Below are positions 31,426 through 42,403 of a stretch of 64,000 nt of DNA, piece by piece (within the stretch, counting starts at the first letter, position 1; every line of letters starts with the position of its first letter). The notes below the pieces were generated by a model. It searched no databases and had not been told where the DNA came from. It saw only the letters and a program-made list of their open reading frames with translations. The translations under genes were made by a program, and so were the position numbers. The stretch comes from Naegleria gruberi (Eukaryota). The DNA lies in the NCBI GenBank assembly GCA_000004985.1, contig GG738874.1. The stretch is one strand, 5' to 3'.

Positions 31426-32538
31426 ATGAAAAGAAAGCAAGAAACAAAAAACACCAAGAAATTATCTTCATCATCCAATGAAGGACCAACAAAAAAGTTG
31501 AAGCAATCCAACCTTCTCTCCCTATTCAAGGCACCTTCATCACCACCAGCCTCATCGCAATCCTCTACTGATACTGACTCATTGACAATAGTAGAGGAGA
31601 GTAAAACCTTCTTGGGCACGAATAATAGCTATGAATTGAACAAGCAATTTAAATTCATCAGCTGGAATGTGAATGGAATATCTGCCGTCTTTAGGAAGGA
31701 ACCCAATTATTTGAAAATGTTGGTAGAGAAGGAAGAACCTACTTGTCTTTGTTTGCAAGAGACTAAGCTTTCTGAAGATGTAAAATTATCGGAAATGGCA
31801 CAATATAAATTCAAGAATTATATTGGACACTTTAACACTTCTAGGGCAAGAAAAGGATACTCTGGTACTGCTTGTTTTGTTCTAAAGCATGGTCCAAAAG
31901 TATTGAATGTCAAGTTTGGTATTGGTAAGGATAAGCATGATTTGGAGGGAAGAACTATTACTGTTGAATATGAAGACTTTTATTTGGTCAAGTAAGTTAA
32001 TATTTACACATGTGTAATCTCATGCCTTATTATTGAATGAATTGATTCAAAATGATAATCATTTTGTTGACATAATAATAGTACTTATTGTCCCAATTCT
32101 GGACAAAATCTCGATCGATTGGAATATAGAACAAAGGAATGGGATGTGGATCTACTCAAATACTTTGAAAAATTGGAAAAGAAAAAGCCAATCATTTGGG
32201 GTGGTGATCTTAATGTTGCCATTTCAGAGATGGATATTCATGATCCTCTTACATTATCCAAAAGTCCTGGTTTTACATTGGAAGAACGGCAATCTTCTCC
32301 TCTCGTAACAAAGGCCTCACCTCCTTTTATTGATTCTTTCAGATATAAAAATCCATATAAGAAACAATACACATACTATGGTTACATTAATGACATGAGA
32401 TTACAAAAGAAAGGATGGAGAATTGATTATTTTGTTTGTAGTAATTCTCTAAAAGACAAGATTGTAAATTCTTACATTCTTGAGGAATACTTTGGCAGTG
32501 ACCATCTACCAATTGGTTTAATCATTAATAAGGAGTAG
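31426..32538 (+). CDS. AP endonuclease, exonuclease III / APE1 family. Two exons, about 31426..31991 and 32082..32538, with a 90-nt phase-2 intron (GTAAGT...AATAATAG).
   Basis: Exon 1 carries ISWNVNGI, LCLQETK, GYSGTA and EGR. The spliced junction gives [26 protein letters not shown], which matches human APE1 [25 protein letters not shown]. Exon 2 carries IIWGGDLNVA, GFT.EER, GWRIDYF and GSDHLPI. Confidence 0.85.
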
Positions 32539-32758
32539 ATAACAACTTGGTTTGGAATGTTCATCTCAATGGTCTTTTCGAATAGGTGTTTATGCAAAAT
32601 GATAATGAAAACATTCACAAAACATCAAGACAAATCACCAAACCTTAAATGTACGGTTTTATCTCAGGGCATCAAGCTTCATTCTATTACACTTTAATCT
32701 CTTGACGAACAGACAATTAATTGAAAAAATTATTCAAACATATTAGAGAAGAAGAAGA

Positions 32759-34348
32759 ATGGGCAACATTTCTGGCTCGACAGCCTGTGACTACTCCAAC
32801 ACAACTGATTATGCATCACCTCGACAACGAAGATTTACCTGTAAATCAACAACATTGGAAAGACATTATTCTATTGCCTCTCAACCACCAATATCTTTAC
32901 CGAATTCATATACTAATGTATCCTCACTGCAGACCAATAATAATACGAGTATTCTTTCAAGCAGTCCTCATAGTCCTAAAGAATGTCAGCAACAATCTGC
33001 CATTACTCAAAAATTAATGACGTTCCTTAGATTTAATCCTCATTATTCGGCAAGAACAATACCAGAAGAACAAGAATTATGGAGAACTATTATTGCTCAA
33101 TCGGGAATTTCATGTATTCTTTCTACTCCATCCAAGATGAGGGACTTTTACTTGTCCGGATATGATTCTTCGTTTTTAATATTGAAACCAAAAATTGAAG
33201 AATTGGAGTATGAATTACGGCCAGTCCTCAAACACTTTGGAAGTTTTGATGCGACTAACAATGATGTAGATGAAAGTAGAGCAGAATTATGGCAATTGAT
33301 TGACACTCCAGATTATGACAGTGCTGATGTTGTTCAAATGGCCAAACTCAATAAGAATGTCACTGGTTTAAAGTTATTACTCTTGCCTTCTTATCCGAGC
33401 ATTCCTAAAAACTCCAAGGTTGGTTCAATTCCTGACAAGAATGAATCCCTCACAAAAACCATGAGATACCTATTATCACCATTGGCTGTTGATTTGATTT
33501 TTGATACGAGAGAAGAAATTCACTTCAAACCAGTTGTAGCCATTGGCTCTTTATTGTTGGAATGGGATTCTACCGTAGGTCTGTGTATTCCTAGACACTC
33601 ATTACAATTGTCCAAAATGCTTATCCAAGAAAATTGCATTTACAGCAATGATAAGATCAACATGGAGGAAGCTCTCAATATTGCAAGTGAGCTTATTTGT
33701 GAGTGGAACTTGAGAAAACCTGCAATCTTTTCCAGTTTTGCTCCAACTAAGGGCGAAAGACCAAGAAAGCAATCCATTGGTTCTTATTATCCACCTGAAC
33801 AAAAGATTTTTGAAAATAGGGAGAGAACAGTTGATTCATCAGCTATTCACTTTGCATACGATTTATTGGAAAATATTATCAAGCATTGTAGCACCAATAT
33901 GGCTAGAAACAATGAGGAGGAAGAGAATGAAATTACCCAACTCTTTTTCCCACAAACTGAGACCTGTACATCACTTCTCATTAAAGAATTACTGCAATAT
34001 TCAAGTGGAAATACATTGAAATTATTTGATGGTGGCGATTCCATTTCATTACGCTTTCCAGTGACTGAATATTTCAGGGAGAGCTTTGATTTACCAGTGA
34101 CAAGTCCAAAATTTATTGAGTTCAATTCACATAAGGAATTTGATGAATTTGTTTTGGGATTGTTAGATAAGGAAGATGATTTGGCTAAAAAGTTTCCATC
34201 AGAATATGCCATGTTAAAATGCATTGATAGATGCTTTTGGGTAGGTCATTTACACGATGATGAGGAGTATGCATTTGCGCCTAAACGAGATTGCCCCTTC
34301 ACAGATCCGAGTAACCTTATTGGTATTACACTAACAATGGATCGTTAA
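32759..34348 (+). CDS. Hypothetical protein of 529 aa with an N-terminal MGNISG. This could be a myristoylation motif. No recognisable domain.
   Basis: Long ORF from a real ATG. Ser/Asn-rich N-terminus. Confidence 0.5.
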   Translation: MGNISGSTACDYSNTTDYASPRQRRFTCKSTTLERHYSIASQPPISLPNSYTNVSSLQTNNNTSILSSSPHSPKECQQQSAITQKLMTFLRFNPHYSARTIPEEQELWRTIIAQSGISCILSTPSKMRDFYLSGYDSSFLILKPKIEELEYELRPVLKHFGSFDATNNDVDESRAELWQLIDTPDYDSADVVQMAKLNKNVTGLKLLLLPSYPSIPKNSKVGSIPDKNESLTKTMRYLLSPLAVDLIFDTREEIHFKPVVAIGSLLLEWDSTVGLCIPRHSLQLSKMLIQENCIYSNDKINMEEALNIASELICEWNLRKPAIFSSFAPTKGERPRKQSIGSYYPPEQKIFENRERTVDSSAIHFAYDLLENIIKHCSTNMARNNEEEENEITQLFFPQTETCTSLLIKELLQYSSGNTLKLFDGGDSISLRFPVTEYFRESFDLPVTSPKFIEFNSHKEFDEFVLGLLDKEDDLAKKFPSEYAMLKCIDRCFWVGHLHDDEEYAFAPKRDCPFTDPSNLIGITLTMDR

Positions 34349-34350
34349 AT

Positions 34351-35520
34351 TTATTCTAAAGGTTTGTAAGCTGGTCTACGACGATTCTTCAAGTAAATAA
34401 ACATCCAATAACCAATGACTGCCAAAATTACACAAACCAAAACAAGGGCAACAACAGAAATAGCTACAGCAAGTTCAAGATCATTGTTGTCACATGGCTG
34501 AGAAGGCTGTGATTCAAATTCTTTAGGAATAGGTGGGTCGAACGCTCTCGAGATACGAAGAGCAGAATACTTGTCAGAAAGGTTTTCCACTTGTAATGTT
34601 GTTGCTCCACAATTCCCAGAATCAAAAGAAACAATTGATGATAAGCCAAATAATTGCTCCCTTTTGTTGCAAATATTGCAATCTATCACATCTTGAACCC
34701 AATATTGGAGATCAGTGCAAACTGATCTAGTTGCCAAAAGAATACCAAGTTCAGCAATGTATTGATATTTCCCCTTAATTTTCATAGCCAAGAAGTTTTC
34801 TTGCAATTTACATACACTTCTAGCCTTTCCAAAATCAATAGCTTCGTTAATTTGTATGGTATAGGTACCATCACTATTGAAAACTACATATCCAGATTCT
34901 GATAACCTTCCAAACATGTCGTTATTGTCCAATTTCCAATTTTCTGACATTGGGCAAATACTAGCTAATTGGTTTACTTGATAAATTGGACCTTTCCACA
35001 TTATTGATGCTTTAGATTCCTCATTCCTAATATTAACATAATAATTAACTTGATTATCTTCATCAACATCAAAAAGTGAATACCAATAACTGGCTCCACT
35101 CAACCAAAGTGATGAATATTGCTGACAGCCAGTAGGATCTGCCAACCCATTTGGTAAAGCCAAATTTTCACATTGCACATTAAAAACACTCAAATCAATA
35201 GAATCTGTCAAATTATCTTTCAATTCATATTCTCCTTTCAAGTGCACATAAACAGGATATTTCCTAATCACATGTTCATTATCACTCGTTTTCACAATAT
35301 AAACATCAATCATTCTCGTACTATTATTAACCTTGACTGCAAATATATGACTTTTATATGATTGTGTATCATCATCCAAAAATCCTCTCCAAACCTTATT
35401 AAACACTTCATCCCGAAGATTGTTCACTCTAGCCTCCATCTGTACATTCATCATGACGATTACTACTAACATGATCAAAACCACATAAAGGCTTACTAAT
35501 CGATATATCCGCCGCGTCAT
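34351..35520 (-). CDS. Hypothetical single-pass membrane protein of 389 aa. It has an N-terminal signal/anchor, a Cys-containing ectodomain, a C-terminal TM helix and a short basic tail.
   Basis: The hydrophobic N-terminus is LVSLYVVLIMLVVIVMM. The C-terminal TM is LAVAISVVALVLVCVILAVIGYWMFIYL, followed by KNRRRPAYKPLE. Confidence 0.5.
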   Translation of the reverse strand: MTRRIYRLVSLYVVLIMLVVIVMMNVQMEARVNNLRDEVFNKVWRGFLDDDTQSYKSHIFAVKVNNSTRMIDVYIVKTSDNEHVIRKYPVYVHLKGEYELKDNLTDSIDLSVFNVQCENLALPNGLADPTGCQQYSSLWLSGASYWYSLFDVDEDNQVNYYVNIRNEESKASIMWKGPIYQVNQLASICPMSENWKLDNNDMFGRLSESGYVVFNSDGTYTIQINEAIDFGKARSVCKLQENFLAMKIKGKYQYIAELGILLATRSVCTDLQYWVQDVIDCNICNKREQLFGLSSIVSFDSGNCGATTLQVENLSDKYSALRISRAFDPPIPKEFESQPSQPCDNNDLELAVAISVVALVLVCVILAVIGYWMFIYLKNRRRPAYKPLE

Positions 35521-35868
35521 TATTGTTTAAAATTAATATTGTTGTTATTGTTCTAATAAATAAATTGTTGTATTATTTGATGATATGATGAAAATTGTCC
35601 CGCACTGTAATTTGTTATTTTATCCAAATCTTTTGGTAGTAGAAGAGCGTGCGGGTAATGGCGGAGATTATGATATTTTTTTCTGTTGAATTTTTACACT
35701 TTTTTATGGATTTTTAAAATTGTAAAGATTCCAAAATAAATCATGAAGGATTTTGGATGGATATGGAATGGACACAGGTGGATTGGAGGTTGTATTTGAG
35801 GATTTTTGAGGTTTAGCATTTGGGAAGTTTCAATTTGGGTTCAAAAATTGTTTGAAATTTTAACAAAT

Positions 35869-37875
35869 TTAGATATAATCCAAATCTGAATATTGTGAAC
35901 TAGTCAAAATGTTGACATCCGTGAAATGATTATTCTCCAATTTGTAAAGTAATCTCCTCCCCATCAAATTTTCAAACTTTTTATCCAAATTCCAATTCAC
36001 AAATGATTCTCTCACATTAAATAACATTGAATTCATTACCTGATTGACATCAAATTCATCCAAAGTATTAATGGCATGGAAAGTGATTGAAGATTCGTAT
36101 TCTGCTTCACTTTCTCCATAGTAATGTGAATGATAGCTGATTGAGTATCGATTTTGGATTTGTTTGAATCGTTCGAGGATGTAATTGAAAACTTGTTTTG
36201 GGTTTTTACGATTTCCATTGAAATCTGAAAAGTATTGAGAAAGTGCATTGGATGCTTCACCTTTGGAAACCTTTCGAATGAAGGAATCGACCTTTGTGAA
36301 GAGAACAATCTTTCGAATAGATGATTCGCCAAGTTCCTTCTTGGAAAACACTTGTTCGAAATAGGTTAAACTATCTAGCAATCTATTACCTGGTTTGGTT
36401 TCTGATTTGGAAGGTGAAATTAAATCTTCAAAACTTAACATGTCAATATCCGAAAGTGAAACTGTGAATATAATACATTTCAAATTTTGTTTTTCCAAAT
36501 ATGGAAGATAGAGAGCTCGTTTTTCTTTCCATCCAAAAGTTTCCAATAACAATAGCTTTCTAGTCACCAATTCTCTATTTTCCAAAGTTGGTTTTGTAAT
36601 ATCCTTCACTGGCATACTTTCCAAAGATAGAATTTTAGCCCTCACAATATCTTGTTTGGTCAACTCGGTAATTTTCTTCAATTTTTCAACTCTGCCATCA
36701 TTTAAAAAGTATTCAATATTCTCTCCCAATAGTGGAATTGGAGTTTTCCTCGAATTTCTCTCTCTATACGATTTTTGGACGAAAGGATGTTTCCACAATT
36801 GATCCATCACTTTGAAAAATTCCTTCTGCTTCCATAATCGTCTTAGAATTTGTTGAGATGATGAAACTGAGTTGTTATCTGATGAATTAACTGTCATTGA
36901 AGAACTTCCATTATTCGAATTTTGGCTTGTTTGAGGATTTAATGAGAAAATATTCGAAGGAGATTGGTTTCCATTCGGTGATGTCTTTCCATTCGTAGAA
37001 TTCACATTCGTATTCATTGAACTATTCGATAAATAATTAATTCTTGGAGAAACTGACTCTGGATGAATCATATTTTGAAATTGTTGAATTAAATCTGAAA
37101 ATTGTTGAGTAAATTCTGGTGAAGAATTTTGAATTTCCTCAAAATTGACTTCATGTTGTGAATGTACAAGGATTTTTAAACAGTAAATGCAATAGAGAAG
37201 TATTGAATCTCTATAGAATTTCAATTCTTCAGTTTTGTAATTGTAATCTCTCAAAATTTCCATCAAAGTTGCTAAAATAGGAAACTGTCAGAATTCAAAA
37301 TTATATTGACACTTACTTTTACCGCTATCTACACCTCCAAGAATGAGAACTAATTTACAATCTTGTAATCTTTTCAAATGTTCTTGATGTGAAATGCCAC
37401 TAATCAATTTTGAATAAATATTGAACTGGGTAGCTCTTGGAGTTTTCATTGCAGAACTTGAACTTCCAATATTTAATAATGAAGTTGATAAAGATTTACT
37501 CTTCCTGTCAGAATTGATGACTGACAGTTGTTCGACATTTGTTAGATTGAGTGTTGGCACTTTCGACACTTCGGAAGATTTTGTATTTTTCAAAGCATCA
37601 AAAACAGGATCTTCTGTTTTGACATCCGAAGTATTATTTGATGTTATCATGGATGTCAAAATAAATCTGCCAACTGACTGGCTTCTTTGATGTTTGGCAG
37701 GTTTTAATCCTTCCCTTCCGTTCTGTTGTTGTAAATTTGCAAGATTTGAATTCGAATTATTTAAAGTAAACGAAGACGAATCTACTTCTATTCGAATCAG
37801 ACTTTCAATTCCATTTGATAGAGAATCTCCAGCATTTTGTTGGTCAAGATCTGGTGATGAAAGTTTTATTCCCAT
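35869..37875 (-). CDS. Heterotrimeric G-protein alpha subunit. Two exons, about 37317..37875 and 35869..37271, with a 45-nt phase-1 intron at 37272..37316.
   Basis: The start is MGIKLSS. On the minus strand the intron reads GTAAGTGTCAATATAATTTTGAATTCTGACAGTTTCCTATTTTAG. Splicing restores the G-alpha P-loop LILGGVDSGKTTLMMEIL. Without splicing, the frame stops 11 codons after SGKSK. Downstream, YLPYLEKQNLKCIIFTVSLSD matches the switch II/G3 region and IVLFTKVDSF matches the NKxD region. Confidence 0.85.
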
Positions 37876-38216
37876 TTTTTTTGATTGTTTTCTACGACCT
37901 GTCAGTGACCTAGTCCACCAATCAAATAATTAATGACATTTCGCAGATTATCAACGTTTATCTCTGCAGTGAACACCATGCAGTTTTCAACACCATCACT
38001 GCAGAGATTATCTGGTACATCAGTAAAAAAACTGTAAATTGTTGCTGATTGAGTAATTTCCTCTTTGAGAATCTTTCAATAATTACAATACCAGAAATTG
38101 TTATAAGCAGGGTTCTCCACGTGGTTATAAGTTGCCAAGGTTGTGGCGATTTTTGCGCATATCCCAAGCGAATATCTTAAAGTTGTGCGGCATTTCATCA
38201 AAAAAAACGACTCTAC

Positions 38217-39834
38217 ATGACTTTTGGCATTTCATTGATGTCTTCAGAGACAATGGCCAATTCAACAATCTATGCTAATCAGACATATTGTGATGAAGCT
38301 CTTTTCAACTTGCCGTCATCAATATATTTGGACTCTATTCCACAAATCATAAACGGAGTTTGTCCTGACACCATTTTCACACCAATTTCATCGAGCTTGG
38401 TCCTATTGAACCATCTTATCATTGTCTTTGTGGGGCTAGCTGGTGTCATTTACAAACGCAACAATGCTCATATAAGATATAGAAGTCCAGTTTATTTGTA
38501 TTGGAGTATGTTTGCTAGTACTCTCCTTGTGGGTATTAGTTGTTTGAGGTTTATGATTGGGAGGACTATCTTTCCATGCCCGTTGCATGCTGTTACCTTC
38601 TTTATATTTCCACAAGTTTTAATGATGCCGTCCATTCTGAAATGTTTTAGAGTGTTTCTTCTATATAGGATAAATTTGGAAAAAAGTAAAGTTCACAATG
38701 AGGCTAGATTTTCAATTGCTGTTAAAGAAAAAGGCATAGAATTGGAGTCAAAGGAATTATCTGAAGGCTCTCCTGCTGTTGGTACGCCTGAATTGAATAC
38801 CAGTTCATCAAATATCATGTCAATTGCCACCGATGATGACAGATCAAGTGAAGCAGGTGAAGCACTGTCTGAAATTTCCACAACCCAAACTAGAAAAATC
38901 AAAATCCTTGAATTTCTAGCCAGTACCAAATTTGCCACCATCATTTACATATCCTTACTCATTTTCCATCTTTGTTTTTGGTTAATTTTTTCAGGAATTG
39001 ACCAAGCAATTTCCAATTCAGGAAATCCAGGCAAAACCATCGTTCTACAAGTTGGTTTACTAGATTTCACCAAAGGATGTGTCTCCTCATCCAATGCAGT
39101 CCTCCTCGTAGCAGCTCAATGCATCTTTTACTTGATTATTGAAATAATCGTCTTTGTCTTGTTTGCTTTTTTCACAGATCGAGATACTTGGGGAATGAAG
39201 AGAGAAACCTTTGTTCTGATTTCGTTTCAAGTGGTGGCTGCCATTTTATACATTGCTTTGGGGAGTATTGGGATTATTAAGACTCTGGTTGATTATTTTG
39301 TGGCGTATGCTCATGTGATTTTGATTTATGTTGGATTGGAATTGTGTGTGAATGTTGTGGCACCTGTTGGATATGCATTTATGATGGATTGGAAGGAGGG
39401 AAGAGGAGAGGAGATGGATACAGTTGGAGGGTTTTTGCAGGATAAAAAGAATGTTGAAAATTTGTTGGATTTTGCCAGAAGAAGGTAATTATTTTTTAAT
39501 TTTTTAATTTTTTTTTATTTTAATTTCCAAAATTAGTTATTGTCCAGAAAATGTCTTATTTTGGAGAGATGTTCAAAGATTTAAAAAATCCAACAAGAAG
39601 AATAGAAACAAAATGGCCCAAGTCCTCATTAACACCTACATGAAGCAAACTTCTCCTGTCGAATTGAATTTACCAAGTGAATTGAGTAAATTAATTCCAA
39701 ATTTAGAAATTCAAGCTAATGAAACAACTCCAGTCGATGCAAATATCTTCCAACAATTTGAATTGCATTGCTTGAATGATTTGTGTGATATTTTCACAAG
39801 ATTTAAGGCCTCCACCAAATATGGAAATAATTAA
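38217..39834 (+). CDS. Seven-TM receptor fused to a C-terminal RGS domain. Exons about 38217..39484 and 39537..39834, with a 52-nt phase-2 intron (GTAATT...AAATTAG).
   Basis: Seven hydrophobic helices are separated by a Ser-rich loop. The spliced junction LLDFARR|SYCPENVLFWRDVQRFKK reconstitutes the RGS core (SEENL.FW...FK pattern). The RGS C-terminal helices are AQVLINTYMKQTSPVELNL and IFQQFELHCLNDLCDIFTRF. Confidence 0.8.
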
Positions 39835-39866
39835 TATGTAACAATTTTATTTTTTTATGGAATAAT

Positions 39867-41369
39867 TTACAATTTACTGGCAAATCCTGAGAATGAATTT
39901 GTTTCAGATGAATGGAAATTAATTTCATCACGAATGGAATTGGACCAAACCATAGGTTTACCTGTCAAATCTCTGACATCTGTAAATAATAGTTTAGAAT
40001 AGTTTCTACTGGATGCTTGAGTAATCTTCATCAATGGACTCTTTCTTACTTGTTTAGGATCCAAGAGTTTCAAATCTTGGAAGCTGTAATACAATTTGGC
40101 GAAACTCAAGTTTGAGTTTTCATACGAATCTAGAATAAACTTGTTGAAATCGTAATCACCCAATGTAACGAAGATAATATTTGCTACTTGTGCATTGTTC
40201 TCCAACTTTGAGTTTTCCAATTTGGAAAAGACAATATTCTTGACATCTGAAACTAGTTTCGAATATTGTGAACGATTCAATGGCATTGGACCTTCATGGC
40301 TTTCATCCATCGAATGAGAAACAATGTTGTTCACCATGAAACTTGGAATTCTTTCACCAGTTTCTTTCATTTCTGCATATTTACACTTCCATAATTGGAA
40401 AGTAAAGTTTTCTTTCGTATTTACATAACAACCAGCAAATGAATCATGTAAATAAACACAATCTAAATCCTGAATCAAGAATCCATCATTACCATAAACA
40501 TCTTTCATTGTAGAAACATAATCTTGCACATCATCAATTTCCCTCACATTCGTCTCGTTTTTTTCTTCACCTTCTCTCTTAACATTCATACCAATAAATG
40601 TCAATTTCTGATCACCAACGAACATGCCACAATTCCTAGTCATACCAACACTCTTCATATTATCTTCAAAGATGTTACAGTATCCATATCTAGCACCCAT
40701 CCTTTTTTGGATAAGTACTGCCAAATACATCATTAAATATTTGGAATCAAAGTTTGCTCTCATCCTCGTATTAACCCATCCACTGCCATTAACTCCTACT
40801 TTCATTTGTTTTCCATTGATGAAGGCATCTTTGATGGAGAAGGCATAAATGCTTGCTGGAATGGCTTGGAATAGGTCAACTGAAGAAAGTGGAGAATTGA
40901 GTGGTGTTGCATCTTGTGGAAGTTCTTTAATGTAGACGATGAAGTGATGGGCTGAATGTTTGAATTGAGAGTATTGAGACCATCTTTCGTATAGATTCTC
41001 ATGGACCTTTAGCATGGAAACAAGTTTCTTATCGTTGAGATAGTAAAAGTATTCGTCGAAACATTCCTTTTGTTTGTCGATGGCAGCTAATTCTTGTTGG
41101 AACCATGATTGGAGAGGGGAGTTGTTTTGATTCGTCTTGTTTCCAATATCTTTCATTGTCTTGATTGATGCGCTGTGGTAAATCTTGGCCAACATGGGAT
41201 TTTGTGGATGTAAGAGAAAGACCAAATAGAAAGGTTTCTCGCTCACTGTATTCTTCGAATCTAAACTTGGCGAAACTACTTTAAAATCTTTAGTGTAGAA
41301 TAAGTATTGATGAGTGAGCAACATGTCCACATGTTGTTCTGTAATAACATTCTGATAAGCTGCCTCCAT
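39867..41369 (-). CDS. Hypothetical protein of 500 aa ending in -SKL, a canonical peroxisomal PTS1 tripeptide.
   Basis: Real ATG. The C-terminus is ...GFASKL. No recognisable domain. Confidence 0.55.
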   Translation of the reverse strand: MEAAYQNVITEQHVDMLLTHQYLFYTKDFKVVSPSLDSKNTVSEKPFYLVFLLHPQNPMLAKIYHSASIKTMKDIGNKTNQNNSPLQSWFQQELAAIDKQKECFDEYFYYLNDKKLVSMLKVHENLYERWSQYSQFKHSAHHFIVYIKELPQDATPLNSPLSSVDLFQAIPASIYAFSIKDAFINGKQMKVGVNGSGWVNTRMRANFDSKYLMMYLAVLIQKRMGARYGYCNIFEDNMKSVGMTRNCGMFVGDQKLTFIGMNVKREGEEKNETNVREIDDVQDYVSTMKDVYGNDGFLIQDLDCVYLHDSFAGCYVNTKENFTFQLWKCKYAEMKETGERIPSFMVNNIVSHSMDESHEGPMPLNRSQYSKLVSDVKNIVFSKLENSKLENNAQVANIIFVTLGDYDFNKFILDSYENSNLSFAKLYYSFQDLKLLDPKQVRKSPLMKITQASSRNYSKLLFTDVRDLTGKPMVWSNSIRDEINFHSSETNSFSGFASKL

Positions 41370-42403
41370 TTTCTTTTTTTTGTGTTACCAATAATTATTC
41401 GAAACAGAGAAACTGTATTAAGGTGGATTGCACTGGATTGTTCTAGTTGATTGGGTGGTGCCAATGATTATCTCTGATTTCCTTTTTTATCATGTTTAAA
41501 AACAATCTTATAGATAAAAACGAAAAGATTCTATTGATTGAAGAAAAATTTTTACAAGCTGGAAGATCTAGTAATCAAAGATCAGCAGATCTATTGGTTG
41601 ACCAAAAGATTGACGTGTGCTATTCATTTTAAATAGTGTATTGTTTGTGAGACGGTGTTACACTTTCAAAATCTCGCGAATTAATTGTATTGGCTATTGG
41701 ATGTTGTAAATTCAATGTCCAATTACAAAAAGTGGACGGTTGAACATTCATTTGATGATGATTAGAAATTTTTAACATTTGTGTGGTTTTTGTCTGTCGT
41801 TCATTCTACTTGATCCTTAATGCCGCAGTTGCTCTTGTCAATGTGGAGAGTTTCTGCAGGACTTGTCTGCGTTACTAATCTGGATCATGAGTTCTTTGAA
41901 AAATTAGTTTGCTCTTCTGTGCATATAGTTAGTTTGTATGTCAGACAACTCTTTCATAGGAATCTTTATGTTGGGGAAATTTGTTCTTCTATTGATCATG
42001 GCATGAGATGATCATCAAGATTACATGAAATGTAAAGGATTTGATCAAGGATATATTAGAAATGAAGTCTTTAAGATATAAAAGAAGAAACTGGTCTTTT
42101 TGGAATTAATTAAATAATTATTTACAAAATTCTCAATTAATTTTGCATTTCTAATTTTCAAACAAAGCTGTAAAGGTGGATTTGACTCAAATATTTCAGA
42201 ATTTCACAAACAAGAACCTAAAATAATTGAAATGCTATAGTACTAATTGTCATGATAATTTCCTATTATGTATTCTGTTGCCGTAGGATTGACCTATTCG
42301 AATTCTTTCGGCTAACACTAAAAAGGGATATCCGTGTCTTGTTAGCGACCTCACAAATCAAATTTATTATTTAAACACAAAACTTAAAAACAACAACATC
42401 AAC

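Noticed and set aside
32033-32308. 91-aa ORF overlapping the APE1 intron and exon 2 in another frame
   Set aside because: Exon 2 of APE1 is in frame 1 and matches APE1 homologs. This ORF is a frame artefact that starts in the intron.
37288-37330. Apparent C-terminus ...SGKSKCQYNFEF* of the upstream G-alpha ORF
   Set aside because: It is intron read-through. Splicing at GTAAGT...TTTTAG restores the P-loop SGKTTLMMEIL, so the stop lies in the intron.
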